From Ignavibacteriota bacterium (lineage in GTDB: Bacteria > Bacteroidota > Ignavibacteria > UBA10030 > UBA6906): 64,000 bases of DNA. Below, piece after piece: positions 31,655 to 39,263 of the stretch; the first letter of the stretch is position 1, and each line of letters opens with the position of its first letter. The notes under the pieces were generated by a model. The model was not told the DNA's origin, ran no database searches, and was given only the letters and a program-made list of their open reading frames with translations. Where the stretch lies: assembly GCA_963801355.1 (NCBI GenBank), contig CAWDEM010000008.1, positions 2,784,001 through 2,848,000 on the forward strand. The letters run 5' to 3'. Both the position numbers and the translations under genes were made by a program.

Positions 31655-33280
31655 TTAGCTGTGGATAGGAAACAGTATTTTCACAAGCGTACCACCCTCT
31701 GCGGGCGTATCAAAACGGATCTCTCCCTGGTGCTTCTCCATAATCTGCCGCGAAATGCTGAGACCGAGCCCCGTCCCGCCTTTCTTGGTCGTATAGAACT
31801 GTTCGAAGAGATGCTTCCGTTGCTCGGCGGATATCCCCCTGCCGTAATCGCGGACCTTCACAACGATCGCTTCGGTGTCCAGACCGTCAGCGGACACCCA
31901 CGGCTCAATACCCGTGGACACATGCACATGCCCCCCTTCCATTGACGCATCAATGGCATTCTGAAGGACGTTGAGCATCACTTGCTGTATCTGTTTTGCG
32001 TCGACGCGGACCGGTGGAAGATCCGGGATCAGCGCGGTGTCAAATTGGATGTCCTTCTGTTGCACCGAGAGTTTCACGAACCCGAGCACCTGGCGGACAA
32101 GTTCGTTGATCTGTTCCTGATGCAGCACGGGAGGTGTGAAGCGCGCGAGGTTGAGCGTGTTTTCGATGACCGTCTCAATCCGCTTGGTCCCTTCGAGCGC
32201 ATCCTCCAGCGGTTCGCGCAATTCGGGATAGCGATCGGCCTTTGTAATAAGATACTGGAGATTGAGGGCGATGGCGGAGAGCGGATTGCGAATCTCGTGT
32301 GCGATTCCCGCCGCGAGCCTCCCCATCAGGGTCATCTTTTCGGCCTGCATCAGCTGCTGGCGCATTTGCCGCTGCTCGGTGATGTCCCGTATGTAGACGA
32401 GAATGCGCGTGTCCTGTGTCCGCGTGAGAGGACCGAAGCCGACATCCACTTGCAGGGATTCGCCATCCTTGCGCAACAGACTCATCTCACCCGAGGTGAA
32501 GCGGGCTGCATCCTGCAAGGATGATGTGAAATCCGTGCCGGTGAACGGCAATCTGGGCATCCTCAGGATCTCGTCCCGGCTGTATCCCAGAAGATCCACT
32601 CCCGCCTGGTTCACCTCGAGGATATTCTCCGTGGAACGGTCCAGCACAAAAATCGCGACGCTGGCGTGATCGAACAGTGAGCGATACCGTTCCTCTGAAG
32701 CCTGCACTTCACGATTCTTCCGGACCAGCGTCTCCGCGTAGATCTCAAGCTCGGCCATCTTCTCTTCCAGCTTCTTGATCACGATGGCACGGTGCTTTTC
32801 GAGAAACTCCTGATCATCCAGCTGATCCTGGTTCGAGGACTGCTCTTCCACTGTGCGGCCGTAGCATTGCCGGGCAAGCTCATTGATCGCCTGGACAAGA
32901 GCCCCGAGCCCGGCATGTTTGACGACGTACCGGTCCACCCCGATACTCCTGGCAAACTCCTCATCGGCCGCATCGACGTAGTTGCCCGTGTAGATGATGA
33001 AGGGGACCTTTGCGTATGCTGGAATCGCCCGCACTTCCTTGCACAGCTGGAACCCGTCCATCTTGGGCATCATGGCATCTGCAACAATCATATGCACAGA
33101 CTCATTCTTCACCACGGAGAGCGCCTCAACGCCGTTCCTCGCCAGAAAGGCAATGTAGCCGTTCTCTGCCAGGACGTCTTCCATCAAATCGAGATTCTCC
33201 TGCACATCGTCGACCAGCAGTATCTTCAGAGCAGGACTGCCACCAGTGACTGGTTCTTGACCATCAGACATGGTTGTCAT
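31655..33280 (-). CDS. REC-PAS histidine kinase (NtrB-like)
   Basis: ILLVDD, GRLAAGIAHEIRNPL, FYTTKKGGTGLGL. Confidence 0.93.
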   Translation of the reverse strand: MTTMSDGQEPVTGGSPALKILLVDDVQENLDLMEDVLAENGYIAFLARNGVEALSVVKNESVHMIVADAMMPKMDGFQLCKEVRAIPAYAKVPFIIYTGNYVDAADEEFARSIGVDRYVVKHAGLGALVQAINELARQCYGRTVEEQSSNQDQLDDQEFLEKHRAIVIKKLEEKMAELEIYAETLVRKNREVQASEERYRSLFDHASVAIFVLDRSTENILEVNQAGVDLLGYSRDEILRMPRLPFTGTDFTSSLQDAARFTSGEMSLLRKDGESLQVDVGFGPLTRTQDTRILVYIRDITEQRQMRQQLMQAEKMTLMGRLAAGIAHEIRNPLSAIALNLQYLITKADRYPELREPLEDALEGTKRIETVIENTLNLARFTPPVLHQEQINELVRQVLGFVKLSVQQKDIQFDTALIPDLPPVRVDAKQIQQVMLNVLQNAIDASMEGGHVHVSTGIEPWVSADGLDTEAIVVKVRDYGRGISAEQRKHLFEQFYTTKKGGTGLGLSISRQIMEKHQGEIRFDTPAEGGTLVKILFPIHS

Positions 33281-33359
33281 GACGCTCCACGTTGACTGGA
33301 ATAAGGTTGTGCAGTTGAAAAGGACGTCACCAAGGTAATAATATTAGCCAAGTGGTTGC

Positions 33360-33398
33360 AATACGCCGCACAGCGTATTTCTTTGGTCACGAAATACG
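33360..33398. promoter_or_regulatory. Inverted repeats, candidate NarL/LuxR-family sites
   Basis: AATACGC-N6-GCGTATT (33360-33379) and CGTATTTC-N9-GAAATACG (33374-33398) in the AT-rich gap upstream of the kinase/NtrC operon. Confidence 0.45.
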
Positions 33399-33455
33399 TA
33401 GGAGGCATCAAAAATAGGCTAAATCTGTACAAATGGAGGAAACAAGGGGTGGGAA

Positions 33456-34136
33456 CTAGCGGGGCAGGATGACGATCCCGTTCTTGATGGCGTATGTTGC
33501 CAGGCCGGCGCTGTCGTGAATGTCAAGCTTCTTCATGATATTGTTGCAGTGGGTGTCAACCGTCCGCACACTGATGTGAAGAATGTTGCCGATCTGTTGA
33601 TGTGTTTTCCCTTCCGCGACGAGTTGGAGGATCTCCCGTTCACGCGAGGTAAGCGGGCTTTCCACGGCGCCGGCTCCATCCGGATGTTCTTCAGGCGCAT
33701 CAGATGCCTTGAGATATGATTCAAGAAGGACCTGCGACACCGACGGGCTGAAGAATGCATGTCCGTTGTGCACAGAACGGATCGCGGTAAAAAGATCCTC
33801 GGCGGAGCTGTTCTTGAGCATGTATCCGTTTGCGCCGGTCCGGATGGTCTGCATGATGAACTCTTCATTGTCATGCGCTGAGAGCACCAGAACTTTCACG
33901 TGCGGCGCGCTTTTCTTGATCTTCCGTGTCGCCTCCAGCCCGTTCAGCAGGGGCATACTGATGTCCATCAGCACGACGTCCGGATCGAGTTCCAGGGCGC
34001 GTTCCACCGCCGCCATGCCGTCAGCCGCCTCACCCACAACCGAGATCCCATCTGCCAGCGACAGAATGGAGACCAGGCCACGCCGCACAAGTGTGTGGTC
34101 GTCTGCGACGAGCACAGTGATGGGTTGCTGGGTCAT
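33456..34136 (-). CDS. NarL/LuxR-family response regulator
   Basis: VLVADDHTLVRRG, LMDISMP, LTSREREILQLVAEG...ISVRTVDTH. Confidence 0.95.
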   Translation of the reverse strand: MTQQPITVLVADDHTLVRRGLVSILSLADGISVVGEAADGMAAVERALELDPDVVLMDISMPLLNGLEATRKIKKSAPHVKVLVLSAHDNEEFIMQTIRTGANGYMLKNSSAEDLFTAIRSVHNGHAFFSPSVSQVLLESYLKASDAPEEHPDGAGAVESPLTSREREILQLVAEGKTHQQIGNILHISVRTVDTHCNNIMKKLDIHDSAGLATYAIKNGIVILPR

Positions 34137-34163
34137 AGGTCAGTTGCCGGATAGAGCCACGGC

Positions 34164-34192
34164 AATGTACAGCATTGGGCGAAGAGTGTCAA
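34164..34192 (-). promoter_or_regulatory. sigma70-type promoter of the LuxR gene
   Basis: TTGACA-N17-TACATT. Confidence 0.75.
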
Positions 34193-34200
34193 CCGCGCAG

Positions 34201-34230
34201 AGTGGCTTGCAGTGGCTGGCAGTGGCTTGC
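34201..34230. repeat. 10-bp tandem repeat x3
   Basis: AGTGGCTTGC AGTGGCTGGC AGTGGCTTGC. Confidence 0.85.
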
Positions 34231-34237
34231 AGGAACG

Positions 34238-34522
34238 CTAGGGTGCCTTCTTCAAGTCTTTGAGAATTGCATCTACAACTTTTTCTGTAACGTCACGCTC
34301 AAGGTAAAACCCGTCGTGGATCTTTTCACGGATTATTTCAAAACGCCGGGTCTGCTCTGCATCGTAGAGGGCGCGCGCTTCAGGGGAAACTTCAACGCTG
34401 TCCTTCTTTTCTTTCCCGTCGCCTTCATGTTCTTTTCCCTTCACCGTGTCCGTTGTGTCGGACCGGGTTCCTTTGACCGGATCCACCTGACCGGCCTGGC
34501 CGGGAATTTCCTGGATGCCCAT
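34238..34522 (-). CDS. flgM: Anti-sigma28 factor FlgM
   Basis: Disordered N-terminus, DSVEVSPEARAL, RRFEIIREKIHDGFY...EKVVDAIL. Confidence 0.75.
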   Translation of the reverse strand: MGIQEIPGQAGQVDPVKGTRSDTTDTVKGKEHEGDGKEKKDSVEVSPEARALYDAEQTRRFEIIREKIHDGFYLERDVTEKVVDAILKDLKKAP

Positions 34523-34527
34523 AGTCG

Positions 34528-34935
34528 TTATCCTCCACTGCGCGTTCGCGCATGTGCCATTGCTCGTGCTTCGTAGTTTATGAGTTTGCGGGTTTCTTTC
34601 AGCGCCTCGTAGTACCTGTTGTCGTAAATGGCTTCACTGATTTGCTGAAACATCCCGGTCGTGCTGGGTGCCGCGTTCAGAATCTCCCGCGTCAGGGCCC
34701 AGTACACTTTCTGGTACCTCGGGAGGTTCTGGCCATCAATATACATCAACTGGATGACAAAGTATACGCGCTTGCATGGCGTGTCAGCCTGCGCTTCGCT
34801 CAGAATCTCCCTCTCACGCAGAAGCGGCACTTTGCTCTCCACCATCAACACAACAGTCCTGCCGGTGGCATTGCGCATCACCGCGCCGCCGGCGATAACC
34901 CGTTCATTGGCTTTCAGAGATAGCTTCAGGGCCAT
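34528..34935 (-). CDS. flbT: Flagellin translational regulator FlbT
   Basis: MALKLSLKANERVIAGGAVMRN...LLREREILSEAQADTPCKRVYFVIQLMYI...YYEALKETRKLINYE. Confidence 0.9.
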   Translation of the reverse strand: MALKLSLKANERVIAGGAVMRNATGRTVVLMVESKVPLLREREILSEAQADTPCKRVYFVIQLMYIDGQNLPRYQKVYWALTREILNAAPSTTGMFQQISEAIYDNRYYEALKETRKLINYEARAMAHARTRSGG

Positions 34936-34937
34936 GT

Positions 34938-35498
34938 CTATCCCGGAAGTTGATCAAGCTGAACCGTGCTCCCACCGGTGATGCCCGTCGGCTGCACGGC
35001 AAGGTCCTGCCGGATCTGTCTGAACGCCGCTTCGGCATTGCGTTCATCCATAGACAGGAGTTCCTTGATTTCCTTAAGGGCTGCGGCGTCCGCCGCTTGC
35101 GTGTCCGGCGCAAGACTGAGACGGTCGATCATGACGCGGAGTCCGGCAAAACTCCTCAACCATTCCACCCGTTCTTCACTGCCTGGAGTATATGGCGGGT
35201 AGTCCTTGACGATCACCCCCAGCTTCTGCTTCAATGCTGCGAGTGACAAGCCGGCCGTGTCTATGGGCTGATCCATCCTCCTGATGCTCGCCGCAACATC
35301 ACATGCACGGTCCCCCAGTGCGGACAGTCTATTGAATTCCACCATGCCCCTGGTGACGCCTGGCCGGCCGGTCGCATCGGTGTTCCGGCTGTCAGCGCTT
35401 GCTCCGGCCGTCGAGCGGGAGGTGGGCCTGTCAAGACGTCCCCGGGATCGTTCCGGGCTTTCCGGCCCTTGCTCGAACCCTATCCGTTGTATTGACAT
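34938..35498 (-). CDS. Hypothetical protein in the flagellin cassette
   Basis: GAGGTG SD; conserved-looking core IVKDYPPYTPGSEERVEWLRSFAGLR; ends 2 nt before flbT. Confidence 0.75.
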   Translation of the reverse strand: MSIQRIGFEQGPESPERSRGRLDRPTSRSTAGASADSRNTDATGRPGVTRGMVEFNRLSALGDRACDVAASIRRMDQPIDTAGLSLAALKQKLGVIVKDYPPYTPGSEERVEWLRSFAGLRVMIDRLSLAPDTQAADAAALKEIKELLSMDERNAEAAFRQIRQDLAVQPTGITGGSTVQLDQLPG

Positions 35499-35518
35499 CT
35501 GTCACCTCAATTCCACGG

Positions 35519-35544
35519 GGGAGAGAAGGAGCTCATTCTCTCCC
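35519..35544 (-). other. Stem-loop downstream of flagellin 2 (no U-tract)
   Basis: GGGAGAGAA-8 nt-TTCTCTCCC. Confidence 0.65.
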
Positions 35545-35572
35545 TGATCAGGACTGTGAAGTATGGCCCTGC

Positions 35573-36412
35573 TCAAAAGAGCTTGAGGACCGACTGTGCA
35601 CTCTCGGCCGACAGGCTCAAGGCGGTTGTCCCGAGGGACTGGCGTGTCTGCAGCATCAGCATGTTCGCGCCTTCCTCGTTCATGTCAGCGTCCGTCAGGG
35701 CGCCGGCACCGGCCTGCAACGTGGCAATCATCTGATCGGCCCAGTCCGCCCGTGCCTGGACAATGGCCAGACTCGAGGACAGCGACGAAGACCGCACCCG
35801 CAGGGTGTCTCCCGCTGCCGACAACTGGGTCAACGATGTGTTGATCGCCGCCATACCATCCGTCGGATCGGCCCAGCTCGTCACACCACCGGCCACACCC
35901 ACCAGTCCGATGTTCAAACCGGCTGCAGTCGCGGCAAATCCCTGAATGTCCAATGAGCTGCTGCCATCCTCATTGAATTGCACCGTCAGAGTACCTCCCG
36001 CAAGCAGGTTGGTCCCCCGGTATCCGGTGTCATTGGACAGCTGGTCGACCTGGTCCAGAATTGCGTTGTACTGCGTCACATACAGCGCACGCTGCGTGAG
36101 GTCTCCCGTCGCCAGAGCCGCCTGGGCAATTCCCTTTGCCGTTTCGATCAGTGTCGTGATCGTCTGGATGCCGTCATTTGCCGCTTTTACGGTCTGAATG
36201 GCTTCGCTCATGTTGTCTTTGCGGGCCGTCAGATCGTCTGCCCGGCTGGTGTGGCTCCAGGCCGCAAAATAGTTCACCGCATTGTCCAGCGGGCTGTTCA
36301 CCTTCTTGCCCGTCGACAAACGCTCCTGCGTCCGGCTCAGCAACTCCGCCGTGTTCTTCAGGCTCAGCAAATTCGCCCGCATCGCAGACGTCAACGTGAT
36401 GTCTTGTGCCAT
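35573..36412 (-). CDS. fliC: Flagellin (279 aa), copy 2
   Basis: ITLTSAMRANLLSLKNT...RLSTGKKVNS; LTDADMNEEGANMLMLQTRQSL. Start at ATG 36412 with AAGGGG SD. Confidence 0.95.
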   Translation of the reverse strand: MAQDITLTSAMRANLLSLKNTAELLSRTQERLSTGKKVNSPLDNAVNYFAAWSHTSRADDLTARKDNMSEAIQTVKAANDGIQTITTLIETAKGIAQAALATGDLTQRALYVTQYNAILDQVDQLSNDTGYRGTNLLAGGTLTVQFNEDGSSSLDIQGFAATAAGLNIGLVGVAGGVTSWADPTDGMAAINTSLTQLSAAGDTLRVRSSSLSSSLAIVQARADWADQMIATLQAGAGALTDADMNEEGANMLMLQTRQSLGTTALSLSAESAQSVLKLF

Positions 36413-36478
36413 GCTATTCCCCTTTCTGGGAACATGTGTCTGTACAGTGAGTCCCTTCTGGGACGCTCTCATGTACTA

Positions 36479-36505
36479 TTATCGGCCTGGCGGGAAAGAA
36501 CTTTA
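36479..36505 (-). promoter_or_regulatory. sigma28 (FliA) promoter
   Basis: TAAA-N15-GCCGATAA, perfect consensus. Confidence 0.92.
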
Positions 36506-36580
36506 GCCGGGAGGAATAAAAATGTTGCCATCCTTTAAAGCGTGGTAGGACAATCAGTTATGGGCCATCAGGGAAAGCGC

Positions 36581-36799
36581 TTAGTACTTGGGTGGCCGTT
36601 CGGGGATGCCGGCCCATACATCCTCTACCAGGGCATCGATGACCTGTTCCAGAATCTCCGGCTGCACATAATATCCAAGCCGGACCCGCCGGCAGATCAT
36701 GTCACAACGGCGGAACTGTCCTTCGTGGGCTGCCGGCACGGCGGGGCCGGCCCCTGGGTACACCGGTTGCGTGGACTGCAGAACTTCTTGAATGCCCAT
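36581..36799 (-). CDS. Short FlgM-like paralogue
   Basis: MGIQEV start matches MGIQEI of flgM; RRCDMICRRVRLGYY...EQVIDALVED aligns with RRFEIIREKIHDGFY...EKVVDAILKD. Alternative start at 36820. Confidence 0.6.
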   Translation of the reverse strand: MGIQEVLQSTQPVYPGAGPAVPAAHEGQFRRCDMICRRVRLGYYVQPEILEQVIDALVEDVWAGIPERPPKY

Positions 36800-36812
36800 C
36801 TCCCCGCTCCCG

Positions 36813-37199
36813 TCATTCACCTGACTTCGCCGACCCCTTCAGCCCGGCAGCCACGTTGGTGTTGATATTAATCAGAATGTCGAGCTTCGCCGGGGTGGGA
36901 TAGGCCAGGGTATCAAAAATCCTCCGGTCGATGAATGCGCTCAGCCGGAGGATGTTTTCACGAATCTGCCGGGGCAGTGGATTTTTTTCGTCAAGCAATG
37001 CGACCTGAAAGAATGTCCAGAGGCGCTGGTTGTACCGCAGCGCCCTGTCCAGCGCTACATCACGATCGGGCGCCGACCATTGCGATTGCACGTGTTTCAT
37101 CATTGCCGCGGCCTTCATCAGCACGGCGGCTTCCGCTTCCCGATCGCCGAGCACAGAGACCTGTGCGCGACTATAGACTTCCGTTTGGCTTTGATACAT
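36813..37199 (-). CDS. flaF: Flagellin regulator FlaF
   Basis: REAEAAVLMKAA, ALRYNQRLWTFFQ, NPLPRQIRENILRLSAFI, LININTNVAAGL. Confidence 0.9.
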   Translation of the reverse strand: MYQSQTEVYSRAQVSVLGDREAEAAVLMKAAAMMKHVQSQWSAPDRDVALDRALRYNQRLWTFFQVALLDEKNPLPRQIRENILRLSAFIDRRIFDTLAYPTPAKLDILININTNVAAGLKGSAKSGE

Positions 37200-37254
37200 G
37201 ACCTCATTCCCCGATTCTCGTACGACCGGACAATCGACTCCTGCGGAGAACGTA

Positions 37255-37278
37255 AGGGGAAGGAAGCTCTCTTCCCCT
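37255..37278 (-). other. Stem-loop downstream of flagellin 1 (no U-tract)
   Basis: AGGGGAAG-8 nt-CTTCCCCT. Confidence 0.65.
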
Positions 37279-37295
37279 CACCATTGATTTCTCAG

Positions 37296-38135
37296 CTAGA
37301 AGAGGCGGAGGACCGACTGTGCATTCTGCGCCGACAGGCTCAAGGCGGTTGTCCCGAGGGACTGGCGTGTCTGCAGCATCAGCATGTTCGCGCCTTCCTC
37401 GTTCATGTCAGCGTCCGTCAGGGCGCCGGCACCGGCCTGCAACGTGGCAATCATCTGATCGGCCCAGTCCGCCCGTGCCTGGACAATGGCCAGACTCGAG
37501 GACAGCGACGAAGACCGCACCCGCAGGGTGTCTCCCGCTGCCGACAACTGGGTCAACGATGTGTTGATCGCCGCCATACCATCCGTCGGATCGGCCCAGC
37601 TCGTCACACCACCGGCCACACCCACCAGTCCGATGTTCAAACCGGCTGCAGTCGCGGCAAATCCCTGAATGTCCAATGAGCTGCTGCCATCCTCATTGAA
37701 TTGCACCGTCAGAGTACCTCCCGCAAGCAGGTTGGTCCCCCGGTATCCGGTGTCATTGGACAGCTGGTCGACCTGGTCCAGAATTGCGTTGTACTGCGTC
37801 ACATACAGCGCACGCTGCGTGAGGTCTCCCGTCGCCAGAGCCGCCTGGGCAATTCCCTTTGCCGTTTCGATCAGTGTCGTGATCGTCTGGATGCCGTCAT
37901 TTGCCGCTTTTACGGTCTGAATGGCTTCGCTCATGTTGTCTTTGCGGGCCGTCAGATCGTCTGCCCGGCTGGTGTGGCTCCAGGCCGCAAAATAGTTCAC
38001 CGCATTGTCCAGCGGGCTGTTCACCTTCTTGCCCGTCGACAAACGCTCCTGCGTCCGGCTCAGCAACTCCGCCGTGTTCTTCAGGCTCAGCAAATTCGCC
38101 CGCATCGCAGACGTCAACGTGATGTCTCGTACCAT
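37296..38135 (-). CDS. fliC: Flagellin (279 aa), copy 1
   Basis: Same motifs as copy 2; differs only at the termini. Confidence 0.95.
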   Translation of the reverse strand: MVRDITLTSAMRANLLSLKNTAELLSRTQERLSTGKKVNSPLDNAVNYFAAWSHTSRADDLTARKDNMSEAIQTVKAANDGIQTITTLIETAKGIAQAALATGDLTQRALYVTQYNAILDQVDQLSNDTGYRGTNLLAGGTLTVQFNEDGSSSLDIQGFAATAAGLNIGLVGVAGGVTSWADPTDGMAAINTSLTQLSAAGDTLRVRSSSLSSSLAIVQARADWADQMIATLQAGAGALTDADMNEEGANMLMLQTRQSLGTTALSLSAQNAQSVLRLF

Positions 38136-38182
38136 ACTGGTTCCCTTTCTCGCAAAGAAAATGTCTTCGCCTTCTGAGAATA

Positions 38183-38209
38183 TTATCGGCAGAAACCGGA
38201 AGTACTTTA
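38183..38209 (-). promoter_or_regulatory. sigma28 (FliA) promoter
   Basis: TAAA-N15-GCCGATAA, perfect consensus. Confidence 0.92.
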
Positions 38210-38257
38210 GCGTGAAAAGGAGGTGAGCAGTGAGAAGGATATGGGCGCTACGAAGAG

Positions 38258-38332
38258 TGGACGCTGCAGGGATCGAACCTGCGACCTTCGCCTTGTAAGG
38301 GCGACGCTCTGGACCAGCTGAGCTAAGCGTCC
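38258..38332 (-). tRNA. tRNA-Val(TAC)
   Basis: GGACGCT acceptor stem, anticodon loop CTTACAA, T-loop GTTCGATC; CCA not encoded. Confidence 0.95.
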
Positions 38333-38344
38333 GAGATGGTCCTG

Positions 38345-39160
38345 CTACACGTACAATGCACTGCTGAAAGAACGGCGAAGATTTCGTGTGATCTCGTTCT
38401 CTTCACCGAGGACTTTGAAGATTGCGATGCACGCCCGGCGGGCCCCGTCGTCATCGAAGTACCGATCCTGACGAATCACCTCTATGAAACGCCGGAGAGA
38501 TGTCTCATAATCTCCCCTGCCAAGTGCATGCAGGGCCTCCAGGTAGACAGCCTTCACCGGTTGATCGGGAAGCTGTTCCGGATGCTCGAGTTTTTTTGTC
38601 AGGCCGGCGAACGTCCGGATGGCATCGGCCATCGGAAAATGCTGGGAGTCTTCTTCGATGCCCTCGACAAGTTCCAGCGCCCGGTCTGGGGCGCTTTCGA
38701 GATATGACCCGGCGAGAAGCACCCGCGCATGTTGGTTCTCTGGATCCTGTTGCAGAACGTTCCCGAGGATGTTCTGTGCTTCAGGGACACTGCCCCCCTT
38801 CAGGAGCAGGTCCGCCTGTCCGATGTCCTTCCTATGCGGGTCGGGGAGTGCCCGTCCAAGCCATTGCAGCACAGCCGCTTCCGGCATGGCACCCTTGAAT
38901 TCGTTGACCACCTTCCCGTCAACGAAGAGCTTGACGCTGGGAATGCTCCGGATGCCGTACTGTGTTGCGACATCCTGGTGTTTGTCGGTGTCCACCTTGG
39001 CCAGTATCCACCGCCCACCGGAATTCAGCGCCAGTTTTTCCAGTATCGGACCGAGAACCCGGCAGGGTGCACACCACTCGGCCCAGAAATCCACAACAAT
39101 AGGGACGGTTGAACTTCTCTCGAGTACCTCTTTGGAAAAATCCTGTATCTCAAACGCCAC
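38345..39160 (-). CDS. Thioredoxin-TPR chaperedoxin (CnoX/YbbN-like)
   Basis: VDFWAEWCAPC, TPR region, C-terminal RRSFSSALY; probable GTG start. Confidence 0.9.
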   Translation of the reverse strand: MAFEIQDFSKEVLERSSTVPIVVDFWAEWCAPCRVLGPILEKLALNSGGRWILAKVDTDKHQDVATQYGIRSIPSVKLFVDGKVVNEFKGAMPEAAVLQWLGRALPDPHRKDIGQADLLLKGGSVPEAQNILGNVLQQDPENQHARVLLAGSYLESAPDRALELVEGIEEDSQHFPMADAIRTFAGLTKKLEHPEQLPDQPVKAVYLEALHALGRGDYETSLRRFIEVIRQDRYFDDDGARRACIAIFKVLGEENEITRNLRRSFSSALYV

Positions 39161-39263
39161 GGTGTTCTTTCCGCAATTGTGCATGCTCTCGTAGTATAGT
39201 ATACGATTCGCCCCACTGACTCACAAGCAGAAAAACCGCATCTGAGGCCTCCAAGGAGAAGCC

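Larger units (their letters stand above)
35607..38127. repeat. ~798 bp direct repeat (35607-36404 = 37330-38127)
   Basis: Offset 1723 bp; no mismatch seen by eye, and off-frame ORFs are identical in both copies. Confidence 0.9.

Noticed and set aside
34238-38332. Flagellin cassettes as a tRNA-Val-integrated mobile island
   Set aside because: No integrase or transposase, and no convincing duplicate of the tRNA 3' end seen (only a 10-nt chance match near 18956). Older transfer remains possible.
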